This document shows positions 1 through 10,297 of a stretch of 63,284 nucleotides of DNA, one piece after another; position 1 is the stretch's first letter; every line of letters starts with the position of its first letter. The DNA is from Roseomonas sp. Lineage in GTDB: Bacteria > Pseudomonadota > Alphaproteobacteria > Acetobacterales > Acetobacteraceae. Under the pieces are notes generated by a model, which was given only the letters and a program-made list of their open reading frames with translations, ran no database searches and had not been told where the DNA came from. The stretch lies in NCBI GenBank assembly GCA_020250005.1, contig JADCES010000107.1, positions 1 to 63,284 on the forward strand, in the 5' to 3' direction. The position numbers and the translations under genes were made by a program.

Positions 1-1578
1 CAGCCCCGCGAGGTCACCGGTGGCAAGCGGCCCCATGGCCATGCCATAGCCTTCCATCACGCGGTCAATATCCTGCGGCAGGCAGCCTTCCAGCAGCAGC
101 TTTTCCACCTGCGGCGTGCGCTTGCCGGTCATGCGATTGCCAACAAAGCCATCGCAATTGCCAACCAACACCGGCAGCTTGCCGATCTTCTTGCCAAATT
201 CGGTTGCGGTCGCGATAGCCACCGGATTGGTCTTCGACCCGCGCACATTCTCCAGCAGACGCATCACATTGGCCGGGCTGAAGAAATGCATCCCCATCAC
301 CCATTCCGGCCGCGATGTCGCGCTCGCGATCTGGTCAACATCAAGCGTGGAGGTATTGGACGCGAGCACAATCCCAGGCCGCGCTGCCTTATCCAAGCGC
401 GCGAAGACCTGCTTCTTCACCTCCATATTCTCGAACACCGCTTCAATCACGAGATCGGCCTCAGCCACGGCCTTTTCGAAATCGGTCGAACCGGTCAGCA
501 ACGCGCGGCGCTTTTCATAGTCAGCTTGGGACAAGCGGCCAGACGCGACAGTACGCTGCCAATTCGCTTCACAACGTTGTAGGCCCTTGGCCAAGGCGTC
601 ATCCGTCATTTCCACAATAGTCACCGGCACGCCAAAATTCGCCGCACTCATGGCAATACCGCCACCCATGGTGCCGCCGCCAATCACGACCAGCTTGGCC
701 ACCGGCAGCACTTGAGTATCGGCAGGCAGGCCGGGCACGCGCTGCGCTTCGCGTTCGCCGAAGAAGATATGCCGCAGCGCCTTGGATTGCTCACCGGCCA
801 CCAGCGTCGCGAATAAATCGCGTTCCTTCTGCAAGCCTTCCTCAAACGGCAAGGTGAAGGAAGCGCGCACTGCTTCCACACAGCCCTTGGGGCTTTCCTG
901 CCCGCGCGCACGCTTCAGCAAAGCCCCCGCCGCGGCATCAAACGCCGCCATATCCTGACCCGCGATCCTGTCCGTGCGATTGCGCGCCAGGGTGAAATTC
1001 TTGGCCAGATTGGCGCGCGCAAAGGCGATGGCGCCGGCCTCAAGATCGCCATCAATGATCGCATCTACAAAGCCAAGCTTCAGCGCTTCGGTCGCCTTGA
1101 TCGGGTCGCCGGAGACGATGATTTTCAGCGCGGCTTCCGGCCCGATCAGGCGCGGCAGGCGCTGCGTGCCACCCGCCCCCGGCACAAAGCCGCGCTTCAC
1201 TTCCGGCAGGCCGAGTTTCGCATCCGCCACCGCCACGCGCGCATGGCAGGCGAGCGCCACTTCCAAACCGCCCCCAAGCGCCGAGCCATGAATGGCCGCC
1301 ACCGTAAGGCCGGGGAAGCTTTCAAACTGGTCAAACACTTCCGTCAGGGATGGAGGCACACGCGGCTTGCCGAATTCGGTCATCTCAGCGCCCGCGCAGA
1401 ACATGCGCCCGGTGCCGATAATCACCACCGCCTTGGCGCCGGCGGCGCGCGCGGCCTTCATGCCATCATAAAGCCCGGCGCGGATTTCGGTGCGCAGCGT
1501 ATTTACCGGGGGGTTGGCCAAGCGCAGCACATGCACCTCCCCCATCGCCACATGCTGCACGAATTGATTCTCAGCCAA
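1..1578 (-). CDS. Enoyl-CoA hydratase / 3-hydroxyacyl-CoA dehydrogenase bifunctional enzyme (partial, runs off left edge)
   Basis: Read manually on the minus strand (absent from ORF track). TTG start at 1578 after GGGAGA. Crotonase start LRLANPPVNTL, GGGLEVALACH, Rossmann motif VVIGGGTMGGGIA, and GMHFFSPANVMRLLE. Confidence 0.9.
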   Translation of the reverse strand, partial: MAENQFVQHVAMGEVHVLRLANPPVNTLRTEIRAGLYDGMKAARAAGAKAVVIIGTGRMFCAGAEMTEFGKPRVPPSLTEVFDQFESFPGLTVAAIHGSALGGGLEVALACHARVAVADAKLGLPEVKRGFVPGAGGTQRLPRLIGPEAALKIIVSGDPIKATEALKLGFVDAIIDGDLEAGAIAFARANLAKNFTLARNRTDRIAGQDMAAFDAAAGALLKRARGQESPKGCVEAVRASFTLPFEEGLQKERDLFATLVAGEQSKALRHIFFGEREAQRVPGLPADTQVLPVAKLVVIGGGTMGGGIAMSAANFGVPVTIVEMTDDALAKGLQRCEANWQRTVASGRLSQADYEKRRALLTGSTDFEKAVAEADLVIEAVFENMEVKKQVFARLDKAARPGIVLASNTSTLDVDQIASATSRPEWVMGMHFFSPANVMRLLENVRGSKTNPVAIATATEFGKKIGKLPVLVGNCDGFVGNRMTGKRTPQVEKLLLEGCLPQDIDRVMEGYGMAMGPLATGDLAGL

Positions 1579-1721
1579 AGCGTCTCTCCCTCATCCAGCC
1601 GGGGCCTCGCGCCCCTTTCCGGGTAGTCTCCGGCACTCTGCGCCTTAGGGCAAGCACCCGGTTGCGGGAAAGCTCGGGTCATGCTGCGCTGGCCGGGAAC
1701 AGGCTAACAGGAGGAAGTGCG

Positions 1722-2504
1722 ATGTCCCTATTTGATCTGACCGGCAAGGTGGCCGTGGTCACCGGCGGCAGCCGCGGCATTGGCCGGGCGATTTGCGAAA
1801 GAATGGCCGAACATGGCGCCAGGGTGGTGGTATCTTCCCGCAAGCTGGATGCCTGCCAGGAAGTTGTGGACGCCATCAAGGGCAAGGGCGGCCAGGCCAT
1901 GGCCATCGCCTGCAATATCGGGCGCAAGAATGAATGTCAGGCGTTGATAGACCAAACCATCGCCGCCTGGGGCCAGGTGGACATCATGGTCTGCAATGCC
2001 GCGATCAATCCGCATTTCGGCCCCGCCATGACCATGCCGGATGAGATTTTTGACAAGATCATGGCGTCCAACATCAAATCCAATCTCTGGCTTTCGCATA
2101 TGACCGCACCTGGCATGGCGGAACGGGGCGGTGGTTCCATCATCATCATTTCGTCCATTGGCGGCTTTCGCGGTTCCCCGGTGCTGGGCGCCTATGCCAT
2201 TTCCAAGGCAGCCGATATGCAATTGGTGCGCAACCTCGCGGTGGAATGGGGGCCGAAAAATGTGCGGGCCAATGCCATCGCGCCCGGGCTGGTGCGGACG
2301 GATTTCGCCCGCGCGCTTTGGGAAGACCCGGGCATTTACGCCAAGCGCACCAAGGACACGCCGCTAAAGCGCATTGGGGAGCCTGATGAAATCGCCGGTG
2401 CTGCGGTATTTCTGGGCTCCGCCGCCGGGTCCTTCATGACCGGGCAGACCATTGTGATAGATGGCGGTGTGCTGGCCGGCACGCCCAGCCGTTCGGATGA
2501 TTGA
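1722..2504 (+). CDS. SDR family oxidoreductase
   Basis: TGGSRGIG, NAA and YAISK (YxxxK) motifs; AGGAGG RBS before ATG 1722. Confidence 0.93.
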   Translation: MSLFDLTGKVAVVTGGSRGIGRAICERMAEHGARVVVSSRKLDACQEVVDAIKGKGGQAMAIACNIGRKNECQALIDQTIAAWGQVDIMVCNAAINPHFGPAMTMPDEIFDKIMASNIKSNLWLSHMTAPGMAERGGGSIIIISSIGGFRGSPVLGAYAISKAADMQLVRNLAVEWGPKNVRANAIAPGLVRTDFARALWEDPGIYAKRTKDTPLKRIGEPDEIAGAAVFLGSAAGSFMTGQTIVIDGGVLAGTPSRSDD

Positions 2505-2524
2505 ACGGCGCTTGCCGCGCGCCA

Positions 2525-2554
2525 TGGCGTGATCCCTATCGCAGGATCACGCCA
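2525..2554. repeat. REP-like palindrome TGGCGTGATCC-N8-GGATCACGCCA (copy 1), possible bidirectional terminator
   Basis: Perfect 11-bp inverted repeat between convergent genes; identical arms recur at 30667-30694. Confidence 0.75.
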
Positions 2555-2563
2555 ATTGTGGAA

Positions 2564-2669
2564 CTAGAGCGTGTTGCGTTCACCTGGGTTCACGCCACCC
2601 GCTCTACCTCGTTTTTTTCGAGCATCTTCACACGTTCAGATGATTCCATCTGAACGTGATCTGCTCTCA
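2564..2669 (+). repeat. Family A ~106-bp two-armed intergenic element (CIR/Bru-RS/RIME-like, MITE-like), copy 1
   Basis: CTAGAGC...GCTCT ends; perfect 12-bp hairpin CACGTTCAGATG-ATTC-CATCTGAACGTG with GATTC at the apex; close reverse-complement copy at 10191-10297. Confidence 0.85.
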
Positions 2670-2675
2670 AGAACG

Positions 2676-4607
2676 TTACCTCACCCTATTCGCCACCAGC
2701 TCATCCACCACCGCTGGATCGGCGAGGGTGCTGGTATCGCCCAACCCATCCACCTCATTCGCGGCAATCTTGCGGAGAATCCGGCGCATGATCTTGCCGG
2801 AACGGGTTTTCGGCAGGCCGGGCGCCCATTGGATGGCATCAGGTGTCGCGATGGGGCCGATTTCCTTGCGCACCCAGGCAACCAATTCCTTGCGCAGCAC
2901 ATCCGTGGGCTCCACTCCCGCCTTCAGCGTGACATAGGCGTAGATGCCCTGGCCCTTGATGTCATGCGGCATGCCAACCACCGCGGCTTCTGCAACGGCA
3001 GGGTTCGCGACCAGCGCGCTTTCAATCTCCGCCGTGCCCATGCGGTGGCCCGCCACGTTGATCACATCATCCACGCGCCCCGTGATCCAGTAATAGCCAT
3101 CGGCATCACGCCGCGCGCCATCGCCGGTGAAATACATGCCCTTGAAGGTCGAAAAATAGGTCTGTACGAAACGTTCATGATCGCCATAGACCGTGCGCAT
3201 CTGCCCCGGCCAGCTATCAAGGATCACCAGATTACCCTCGGTCGCACCTTCCAAAAGCTTGCCCTCACCATCCACCAAAGCGGGCTTCACACCAGGCAGC
3301 GGCAGCGTGGCCGAGCCTGGTTTTTGTGCGACCGCCCCAGGCAGGGGCGAGATCAAAATACCGCCGGTTTCCGTCTGCCACCAGGTATCCACAATCGGGC
3401 AGCGGGAATCGCCCACAACGCGATAGTACCAAAGCCAGGCTTCGGGATTGATCGGCTCACCCACGCTGCCAAGGATGCGAAGGCTCGAACGATCATGCTT
3501 CTTCACCGGCGCCTCACCATCGCGCATCAAGGCGCGAATCGCGGTCGGCGCCGTGTAGAAGATATTCACCTTATGCTTCGCCACCACCTGCCAGAAGCGC
3601 CCGGAATCTGGCCAGCTTGGTACGCCTTCAAACATCAGCGTGGTCGCACCATTCGCGAGTGGGCCATAGACAATATAGCTATGTCCCGTCACCCAGCCGA
3701 CATCGGCGGTGCACCAATAGATTTCGCCATCGCGGTAATCGAAAACCTTTTCATGCGTATAGGATGCCCAAACCATATAGCCGCCGGTCGTGTGCAAAAC
3801 ACCTTTCGGCTTGCCCGTGCTGCCCGAAGTGTAAAGGATAAACAGCGGGTCCTCCGCGCCCATCGGCTCAGGCTCACAGGTCTCAGACTGGCCGGCGGTG
3901 ATCGCATCCCACCAATGATCGCGGCCGGACATCATCTCAACATCACCGCCGGTATTGCGCGCGACAATCACATTCTTGATGGATGAACAACTCAGCAGCG
4001 CCTCATCCGCATTCACCTTCAGCGGCACGCGCCGCCCGCCACGCCTTCCCTCATCGGCGGTGATCAGCATGACGCATTCGGAATCCTGAATGCGGGACGC
4101 CAGGCTATCTGGCGAAAACCCGCCAAAGACGATGGAGTGAATCGCACCAACGCGCGCACAGGCCAGCATCGCAACCGCTGCTTCCACAATCATCGGCAAA
4201 TAGATGCAAACGCGATCGCCCTTCTTCACGCCAAGCTTGCGCATGGCATTGGCCAGTTTGCAGACGCGCGCATGCAATTCCCGGTAGGTGACTTTGCTAT
4301 CCGCGGCCGGATCATCGCCTTCCCACAGGATCGCCACCTGATCACCGCGCGTCGCCAAATGCCGATCAAGGCAGGAAACCGAGGCATTCATCACCCCATC
4401 CTCAAACCATTTGATCGAAACATTGCCGTTGAAATCGGTATTCTTGATTTTGGTCGGCGCCTTCATCCAGGCGATGCGGCTGGCCTCAGCGCGCCAGAAG
4501 GCTTCGGGGTCTTTTGCCGCCGCGTCATACATGGCCGCGCGCTCAGCTTCCGTCACACGCGCCTTGGCGACGATTTCGGGTTTCAGCGCAATCAATTCAT
4601 CAGCCAT
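2676..4607 (-). CDS. acs: Acetyl-CoA synthetase
   Basis: [20 protein letters not shown] and [11 protein letters not shown] motifs; 643 aa. Confidence 0.97.
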   Translation of the reverse strand: MADELIALKPEIVAKARVTEAERAAMYDAAAKDPEAFWRAEASRIAWMKAPTKIKNTDFNGNVSIKWFEDGVMNASVSCLDRHLATRGDQVAILWEGDDPAADSKVTYRELHARVCKLANAMRKLGVKKGDRVCIYLPMIVEAAVAMLACARVGAIHSIVFGGFSPDSLASRIQDSECVMLITADEGRRGGRRVPLKVNADEALLSCSSIKNVIVARNTGGDVEMMSGRDHWWDAITAGQSETCEPEPMGAEDPLFILYTSGSTGKPKGVLHTTGGYMVWASYTHEKVFDYRDGEIYWCTADVGWVTGHSYIVYGPLANGATTLMFEGVPSWPDSGRFWQVVAKHKVNIFYTAPTAIRALMRDGEAPVKKHDRSSLRILGSVGEPINPEAWLWYYRVVGDSRCPIVDTWWQTETGGILISPLPGAVAQKPGSATLPLPGVKPALVDGEGKLLEGATEGNLVILDSWPGQMRTVYGDHERFVQTYFSTFKGMYFTGDGARRDADGYYWITGRVDDVINVAGHRMGTAEIESALVANPAVAEAAVVGMPHDIKGQGIYAYVTLKAGVEPTDVLRKELVAWVRKEIGPIATPDAIQWAPGLPKTRSGKIMRRILRKIAANEVDGLGDTSTLADPAVVDELVANRVR

Positions 4608-4701
4608 GCCTGGGTCCTCCCCCTGTTTGGGTCTTGCTATCGAGGGGAATGTGCGTCGGGGCTTTGCGAAACGTCAATCTTTGCGGGCCGGGTCGGGCCG
4701 G

Positions 4702-4736
4702 AAAAGCAAAAGACCCGCCTTTTTGGGGCGGGCCTT
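4702..4736 (-). terminator. Probable intrinsic terminator downstream of the small secreted-protein gene
   Basis: Minus strand reads GGCCCGCC-CCAAAAA-GGCGGGTC followed by TTTTGCTTTT. Confidence 0.6.
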
Positions 4737-4787
4737 CCTGCTGGCCGGCGGGCGGGGGCGCATCCGCCCGCCGGTTTGGCTGTTACC

Positions 4788-5027
4788 TCAGCGGGTTGCA
4801 CCGCCCGAGGGCGCGGCCGGCGTCACCGGGCGGGTCTGGCCATTCCCCTGATGGCCAGACACCTGGCCATGGGTGGCGTCGCCAGGCTTGGCGGCGGCCG
4901 GCGCCTGAGCGGCGGGACGGCTGCCCTGGACGGGGGCGGTGCTGGCCGCCCCTTGGGCGAGTGCCGCGCCCGTCAGCGCGAAAGCAAGGCCGGTGGCGAG
5001 AAGTGAGGTCTTCATCATGTAGCGCAT
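4788..5027 (-). CDS. Small exported Ala/Pro/Gly-rich hypothetical protein
   Basis: Strong GGAGGA RBS; signal peptide ending ALA-Q; own terminator. Confidence 0.65.
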   Translation of the reverse strand: MRYMMKTSLLATGLAFALTGAALAQGAASTAPVQGSRPAAQAPAAAKPGDATHGQVSGHQGNGQTRPVTPAAPSGGATR

Positions 5028-5227
5028 CTTGTCCTCCTATGTTGAACTGTGCGCATGGACATATGACCCCGCCGTCAAGGCGGCCTTGCGACGAAGGCAA
5101 GGTATTTTCAGGGATTTTGCGGCGGCGCCATGGCGGGTATGGCGCGATTGCGGCGAAGACGGCGCTCAAAAGGGCTTTATTTACCAAGCGTGCATATTGT
5201 TCTTAGACTACGGCTGGAGGAGATCAA

Positions 5228-6103
5228 ATGCCCACCCCCAACCGGCTTCGATCTGGCATAGGCACTGCCCTGATGATGGCGGTCGCGGCGCTGTGCGCCC
5301 CGATTCCGAAAGCCTCTGGCCAAGCCCCCACGCCCGCACAGCAACAACGCGGCGCCGCACCAGGCGGGCCTGGTTTTCCGGTGCAGGTGGGGCAATTCTT
5401 TCGTGACTGTCCGGAATGCCCCGAGATGGTGGTGATCCCCGCCGGGCGCTTTCATATGGGCAGCCCGGCACATGAAAAGGGTCGCTATGCGAATGAAGCG
5501 CCGCAACGCGATGTTGCCCTGCGCATGCCCCTGGCCGTTGGCAGGTTTGAAATCACCTTCGCCGAATGGGATGCCTGTGTAGCAGCGCGCGGGTGTAGCC
5601 ACCGCCCCAATGATCGTGGCTGGGGCAGGGGCCGCCAGCCGGTGGTGGATGTCAGTGGGGAAGACGCGCAACAATATGTTGAATGGCTTAGGCAACGTAC
5701 CGGGCGGCGATATCGGCTGCTGACGGAAGCGGAATGGGAATATGCCGCCAGGTCTGGCACCATGACCGCCTTTGTCACCGGCAACGCAATCACTGAAGCC
5801 CAAGCCAATTACGGCCACGCGGTCAATCGGCCACGTCCCGCAGGCAGCTATGCGCCCAATCGCTTTGGGTTGCATGATATGCAGGGCAATGTCTGGGAAT
5901 GGGTGCAGGATTGTCTTGAACGCACTTATGCCAATGCGCCTATTGATGCCTCGGAGCCCGTAGTGACGCCGGGTTGCGCCTGGCGCGCGATGCGTGGCGG
6001 TTCCTGGAGCAATACAGCGGCCTTTCTGCGCTCGGCGATGCGCTACGGGGTTGCCGCCACGATCCGGCGCGACGATACCGGCTTTCGCGTGGCCAGAATG
6101 TAG
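5228..6103 (+). CDS. Formylglycine-generating enzyme (SUMF1/EgtB/PvdO) fold protein, exported
   Basis: FRDCPECPEMVVIPAG, RLLTEAEWEYAAR, NRFGLHDMQGNVWEW, RGGSW and GFRVAR motifs; N-terminal signal-like segment. Confidence 0.9.
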   Translation: MPTPNRLRSGIGTALMMAVAALCAPIPKASGQAPTPAQQQRGAAPGGPGFPVQVGQFFRDCPECPEMVVIPAGRFHMGSPAHEKGRYANEAPQRDVALRMPLAVGRFEITFAEWDACVAARGCSHRPNDRGWGRGRQPVVDVSGEDAQQYVEWLRQRTGRRYRLLTEAEWEYAARSGTMTAFVTGNAITEAQANYGHAVNRPRPAGSYAPNRFGLHDMQGNVWEWVQDCLERTYANAPIDASEPVVTPGCAWRAMRGGSWSNTAAFLRSAMRYGVAATIRRDDTGFRVARM

Positions 6104-6124
6104 TCCTGGAGAGGTTTGGCGCCT

Positions 6125-7231
6125 TCAGTTGCGCGGCAGGCGCGGCGCGCTTGGCGCATCCGGATTCTGCGCGCGATGGCGCAGCAAATGATCGGCCAGC
6201 ACCAGCGCCATCATCGCTTCCCCAACCGGTACGGCGCGAATGCCAACGCAGGGGTCGTGGCGGCCCTTGGTGATGATCTCCACATCCTGTCCGAAGCGAT
6301 CAACGCCAAGCCGAGGTTCCAGAATCGAACTGGTGGGTTTCACCGCAAAGCGCGCAACAATCGGCTGGCCGGTGCTGATGCCCCCCAGAACGCCGCCGGC
6401 ATGATTGGCCTGGAAGGCCACCACGCCACCTTCGCCCATGCGCATTTCATCCGCATTGGCAGTGCCGGTCAGGGCAGCGGCGGCGAAGCCATCGCCAATC
6501 TCAACGCCCTTGACGGCATTGATCCCCATCAGCGCGCCCGCCAAATCCGCATCCAGCTTGCCGTAAATCGGGGCACCCAGGCCCGGGGGCACGCCTTCGG
6601 CGACAATTTCAATCACCGCGCCCACTGAATTGCCGGATTTGCGCAGCGCCAATAGCTGTTCTTCCCAGCGCGCGGCAGCGGCACGGTCCGGACAGAAAAA
6701 ATCATTTTCATCCACCGCCGCCCAATCCCAATGGGCGCGGTCCACCGTATCGCCGCCCATGGCGACAAGCGCACCCCTGATCCGAACGCCATCGCCCAGC
6801 ACCTTGCGCGCAATGGCGCCGGCGGCGACGCGCAGCGCGGTCTCCCGCGCGCTGGAACGCCCGCCGCCGCGGTAATCGCGAATGCCGTATTTCAATTCAT
6901 AGGCAATATCAGCATGACCAGGGCGGAAACGATCCTTGATTTCCCCGTAATCCTTGCTGCGCTGGTCGGTGTTTTCGATCATCAGCGCAATGGGCGTGCC
7001 GGTGGTCTGGCCTTCAAACACGCCCGAGAGGATCCGCACCTGATCCGCTTCCTGGCGTTGCGTGACGAATTTGGACTGCCCCGGCCGGCGCCGCTCCAGG
7101 AAGGGCTGGATATCGGCTTCCGAAAGCGCCATGCGCGGCGGCGCACCATCCACCACGCAGCCAATCGCCGGCCCATGGCTTTCGCCCCAGGTGGTGACGC
7201 GGAAAAGATGGCCGAAACTGTTATGCGACAT
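6125..7231 (-). CDS. aroC: Chorismate synthase
   Basis: MSHNSFG...[24 protein letters not shown] and RHDPCV motifs. Confidence 0.97.
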   Translation of the reverse strand: MSHNSFGHLFRVTTWGESHGPAIGCVVDGAPPRMALSEADIQPFLERRRPGQSKFVTQRQEADQVRILSGVFEGQTTGTPIALMIENTDQRSKDYGEIKDRFRPGHADIAYELKYGIRDYRGGGRSSARETALRVAAGAIARKVLGDGVRIRGALVAMGGDTVDRAHWDWAAVDENDFFCPDRAAAARWEEQLLALRKSGNSVGAVIEIVAEGVPPGLGAPIYGKLDADLAGALMGINAVKGVEIGDGFAAAALTGTANADEMRMGEGGVVAFQANHAGGVLGGISTGQPIVARFAVKPTSSILEPRLGVDRFGQDVEIITKGRHDPCVGIRAVPVGEAMMALVLADHLLRHRAQNPDAPSAPRLPRN

Positions 7232-7275
7232 GGCGAAGGGGTCTATCCCGCCCCCTGGCTTGCGACAAGCGCCCC

Positions 7276-7397
7276 AAGTGGTCCGATCGCTGCTGTCGGT
7301 TCCCGACAGCGGCGTGAATCGGCCCACCAAATATACGGCTAGTGGTGCGCGGGGGCTTTTTGGGCAGGGGATAGGTCAGCATGAATTGCACCACTAG
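7276..7397 (-). repeat. Family B ~120-bp two-armed intergenic element, copy 1
   Basis: Reverse complement aligns end to end with 45535-45657; starts at the TAG stop of the TPP-enzyme gene; arm 7339-7397 bounded by the perfect IR CTAGTGGTGC/GCACCACTAG. Confidence 0.85.
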
Positions 7398-9007
7398 TTT
7401 GGCAGCACCGCCTGCAAGGAGGTGCGCACATGGATCGCCGCCGGGCCGGGTGCCGCGAGAGCCTCAGCCAGCTTCGGCATATCCGCATCCGTTTCAATGC
7501 GCGTCACCGGCACGCGAAATGCCGCGCACCAGGCGGCGAAATCCGGGTTTTCCAGGCTGGTGCCGCTGACGCGCCCAGGATGCGCGCGTTCCTGATGGAT
7601 GCGGATGGAAGCGTAGGACCCATTGTCAGACAGGATCATCTTGAGCGGCACGCCACGCGCCACCGCCACCGCAAATTCCCCGCCGGTCATCAAGGCGCCA
7701 CCATCACCGACCAGCGCAATCACCTGTCGATTGGGGTAGCGCAGCGCCGCCGCCACGCCAGCGGGCACGCCAAACCCCATGGCGCCCGAAACCGGTGCCA
7801 ATAGCCGACGCGGCGAAACCCAGGCGACCTTGCGATAGAAGGGGGCACCAAAAGTGCCGGCGTCCAGCGCAATCATCGCATCCGGTGCGGCAATCTCGCC
7901 AATCAGCTTCGCGATGCGCGCGAAGGCCACGCCATCATTATGCGTGGTCGGCGCCACTTGGGCATCAGCGGTTTGCAGATCACGCAGCTTTTTCGCCCAG
8001 GCGCCGCGCGCGGCGGGTGCCGCAGGCTTTTCCGCGCCAAGCGCGGCCAGCACGGCGCGCGCATCGGCGGCTACCGCAAGCTCTGCCGGGAAATGCCAAC
8101 CCAGGAAGCGTGGTTCCGCGCAGATATGCGCAAGCCGCTGACCCGGCGCGGGCCATGTCCAGCCTTGCGTCGTGATATCGGTCAGGCGCGTGCCAAGGGC
8201 CACCACCAGATCCGCATCGGCAAAAGCAGCACGCTGCGCATCCGGGTTACGCAGGCCAAGATCACCTGCGTAAAGCGCGTGATCATTCGGGAAAAGATCC
8301 TGCCGGCGGAAGGAAACCGCAACGGGGGTCTGCCAGGCCTCGGCAAAGGCCAGCAGGGCTTCGCGCCCGCCCGGCGTGTCAAGCGCATGGCCCGCCAGGA
8401 TGATCGGGCGCGCCGCGCCGCGCAGCATGGCAGCCAGCCGCGCGATATCAGTGGGGGCGGGCTGCGCCGGTGCGGCGATGGTGGCAGGCGGGATAGGGGC
8501 GGCGCAGGGTTCGGCCAGCACATCTTCCGGCAGGCTGAGCACCACCGGCCCCGGCACGCCCTGCATCGCCATGGCATAGGCGCGCGCGATCAATTCCGGC
8601 ACCTGGTCCGCGCTGGTCGCTTCCCCCACCCATTTCGCGATGCCGCCGAACATGCGCGCATAATCAATTTCCTGAAAGGCATTCCGGCGCAGATCACGCT
8701 TTTCCACCTGCCCGATCAGCAGGATCATCGGCACCGCATCCTGTTCCGCCGTATGCAGCGCGATGGAGGCATTGCAGGCGCCGGGGCCGCGTGAGACCAG
8801 CACCACGCCGGGCTTGCCCGTCATTTTACCATCGGCCACCGCCATGAAGCCGGCGCCACCTTCGCTGCGGCACGTCACCAAATCCATCCGCGGATGGGCA
8901 TGCAGCGCATCAAGCAGCGCGATATAGCTTTCACCGGGCACGCAATAGGCGCGGTCAATGCCCTGGGCAGCGAGGAATTCAATCAGGGCTTCGGCAGCGG
9001 TTTTCAT
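7394..9007 (-). CDS. Thiamine pyrophosphate-binding enzyme (acetolactate synthase-like)
   Basis: VPGESY, RSEGGAGFMA, SRGPGACN and GDGG...DNGSY TPP motif. Confidence 0.92.
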   Translation of the reverse strand: MKTAAEALIEFLAAQGIDRAYCVPGESYIALLDALHAHPRMDLVTCRSEGGAGFMAVADGKMTGKPGVVLVSRGPGACNASIALHTAEQDAVPMILLIGQVEKRDLRRNAFQEIDYARMFGGIAKWVGEATSADQVPELIARAYAMAMQGVPGPVVLSLPEDVLAEPCAAPIPPATIAAPAQPAPTDIARLAAMLRGAARPIILAGHALDTPGGREALLAFAEAWQTPVAVSFRRQDLFPNDHALYAGDLGLRNPDAQRAAFADADLVVALGTRLTDITTQGWTWPAPGQRLAHICAEPRFLGWHFPAELAVAADARAVLAALGAEKPAAPAARGAWAKKLRDLQTADAQVAPTTHNDGVAFARIAKLIGEIAAPDAMIALDAGTFGAPFYRKVAWVSPRRLLAPVSGAMGFGVPAGVAAALRYPNRQVIALVGDGGALMTGGEFAVAVARGVPLKMILSDNGSYASIRIHQERAHPGRVSGTSLENPDFAAWCAAFRVPVTRIETDADMPKLAEALAAPGPAAIHVRTSLQAVLPN

Positions 9008-9130
9008 GATAGCGATCCTTCCTTGCAGAAGGCATAGCGCGGGGGCCAAAGATGATCCATGGCGCCAGGCCGCAAAATCTGTATAAGCGCCCGCTCAGGG
9101 AAGCATTCCAACCGGGAAGGACGCCGTTTC

Positions 9131-10111
9131 ATGCAGCTTACTCGTCGTGGCGCTTTGGCGCTTGCGCTTGCCACACCTGCCCTTGCCTCAGCCCGCGCGC
9201 AGGGGGCTTGGCGGCCGGATCGGCCGATGCGCGTGATTGTGCCCTTCGCGCCCGGCGGGGCGACCGATGTGGTGGCGCGGCTGGTGTCCGATGCGGCGGG
9301 GCAAATGCTCGGCCAGAATATGGTGGTGGAAAACCGCGCCGGCGGTGCGGCCGGGCTGATCGGCGCAGAGGCCGCCGCCAAATCCGCGCCGGATGGCTAT
9401 ACCATCATGATCCATTCCAATGCGCATGTGATCGCGCCCAGCCTGGTGGCGCGCATGCCTTATGATCCGATTGCAGATTTCGCCCCCGTTGCGCATTTGG
9501 GCCGCATTCCGCAGGTGCTGGTGATCAATCGCAATATTCCCGCGACCGATATGCAATCCCTGATTGTTTGGTTGCGCGCCAATTCGGGGAAGATCAATTT
9601 TGCCTCGGCCGGGATTGGCAGCGCCAATCATTTGACCTCAGAGGTCTTCCGCGCCGTGCTGCCGGATGTGGAAATGCAGATGGTGCAATATCGCGGTGGT
9701 GGCCCCGCCATGGCGGCGGTGATTTCTGGGGAAGCCCATATGGCGGTGGACCCGACCGCTTCCGCCACTTCCCATATCCGCGCCGGCACGGTGCGCCCGA
9801 TTGCCATTTCCGGGTCTCAGCGCGTGGCGAGCCTGCCGGAAATTCCCTCAGCCACTGAAGCCGGGCTGCCCGCCTGGGCTGGTGCGGCCTGGATGGGTGC
9901 CTTTGTGCCGGCGCAGACTCCGCGCAGCATCGTGGAGTCGCTGAATGTCACCTATAACGCGGCGCTGGAACGCATCAGACCGCGCCTGGTTGACATTGGC
10001 ATTGAAATCGAACCGCAATTCGCGACCATTCCAGCCTTCGCCGCCTATGTGCGGGAGGAATTGGCGCGCAGCGCCGCCGTACTGCGCACCGCGGGCGTGA
10101 GGCCGGAGTGA
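9131..10111 (+). CDS. Bug/TctC tripartite tricarboxylate transporter substrate-binding protein
   Basis: IVPFAPGGATDVVAR, VENRAGG and APDGYT motifs; Tat-like TRR signal. Confidence 0.93.
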   Translation: MQLTRRGALALALATPALASARAQGAWRPDRPMRVIVPFAPGGATDVVARLVSDAAGQMLGQNMVVENRAGGAAGLIGAEAAAKSAPDGYTIMIHSNAHVIAPSLVARMPYDPIADFAPVAHLGRIPQVLVINRNIPATDMQSLIVWLRANSGKINFASAGIGSANHLTSEVFRAVLPDVEMQMVQYRGGGPAMAAVISGEAHMAVDPTASATSHIRAGTVRPIAISGSQRVASLPEIPSATEAGLPAWAGAAWMGAFVPAQTPRSIVESLNVTYNAALERIRPRLVDIGIEIEPQFATIPAFAAYVREELARSAAVLRTAGVRPE

Positions 10112-10156
10112 CGTGATCGCCCGATGGGGGTTTGCGCGCCCATAGGCTGTTTGCGG

Positions 10157-10188
10157 CGTCTCCCGCAGGGTTATCCAAGCGGGAGACG
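10157..10188. terminator. Hairpin between convergent genes, possible terminator
   Basis: CGTCTCCCGC-N12-GCGGGAGACG perfect 10-bp stem. Confidence 0.5.
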
Positions 10189-10190
10189 GC

Positions 10191-10297
10191 TTAGAGCAGA
10201 TCACGTTCAGATGGAATCATCTGAACGTGTGAAGATGCTCGAAAAACAACGAGGTAGAACGTGCTGCGTGAACCCACGTGAACGCAGCATGCTCTAG
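10191..10297 (-). repeat. Family A element, copy 2
   Basis: TTAGAGC...GCTCTAG ends; reverse complement of 2564-2669; its CTAG contains the dctM TAG stop (10294-10296). Confidence 0.85.

Noticed and set aside
2571-3986. Long antisense ORFs opposite real genes (also 11459-12616, 14541-15746, 18375-19583, 22088-23080, 53565-54674 and others)
   Set aside because: Shadow frames expected in GC-rich DNA; no motifs, and the opposite strand encodes clear families
5228-6103. Active formylglycine-generating enzyme
   Set aside because: The catalytic Cys pair after RGGS is absent (RGGSWSNTAAFLR) and no sulfatase is nearby; only the fold is called
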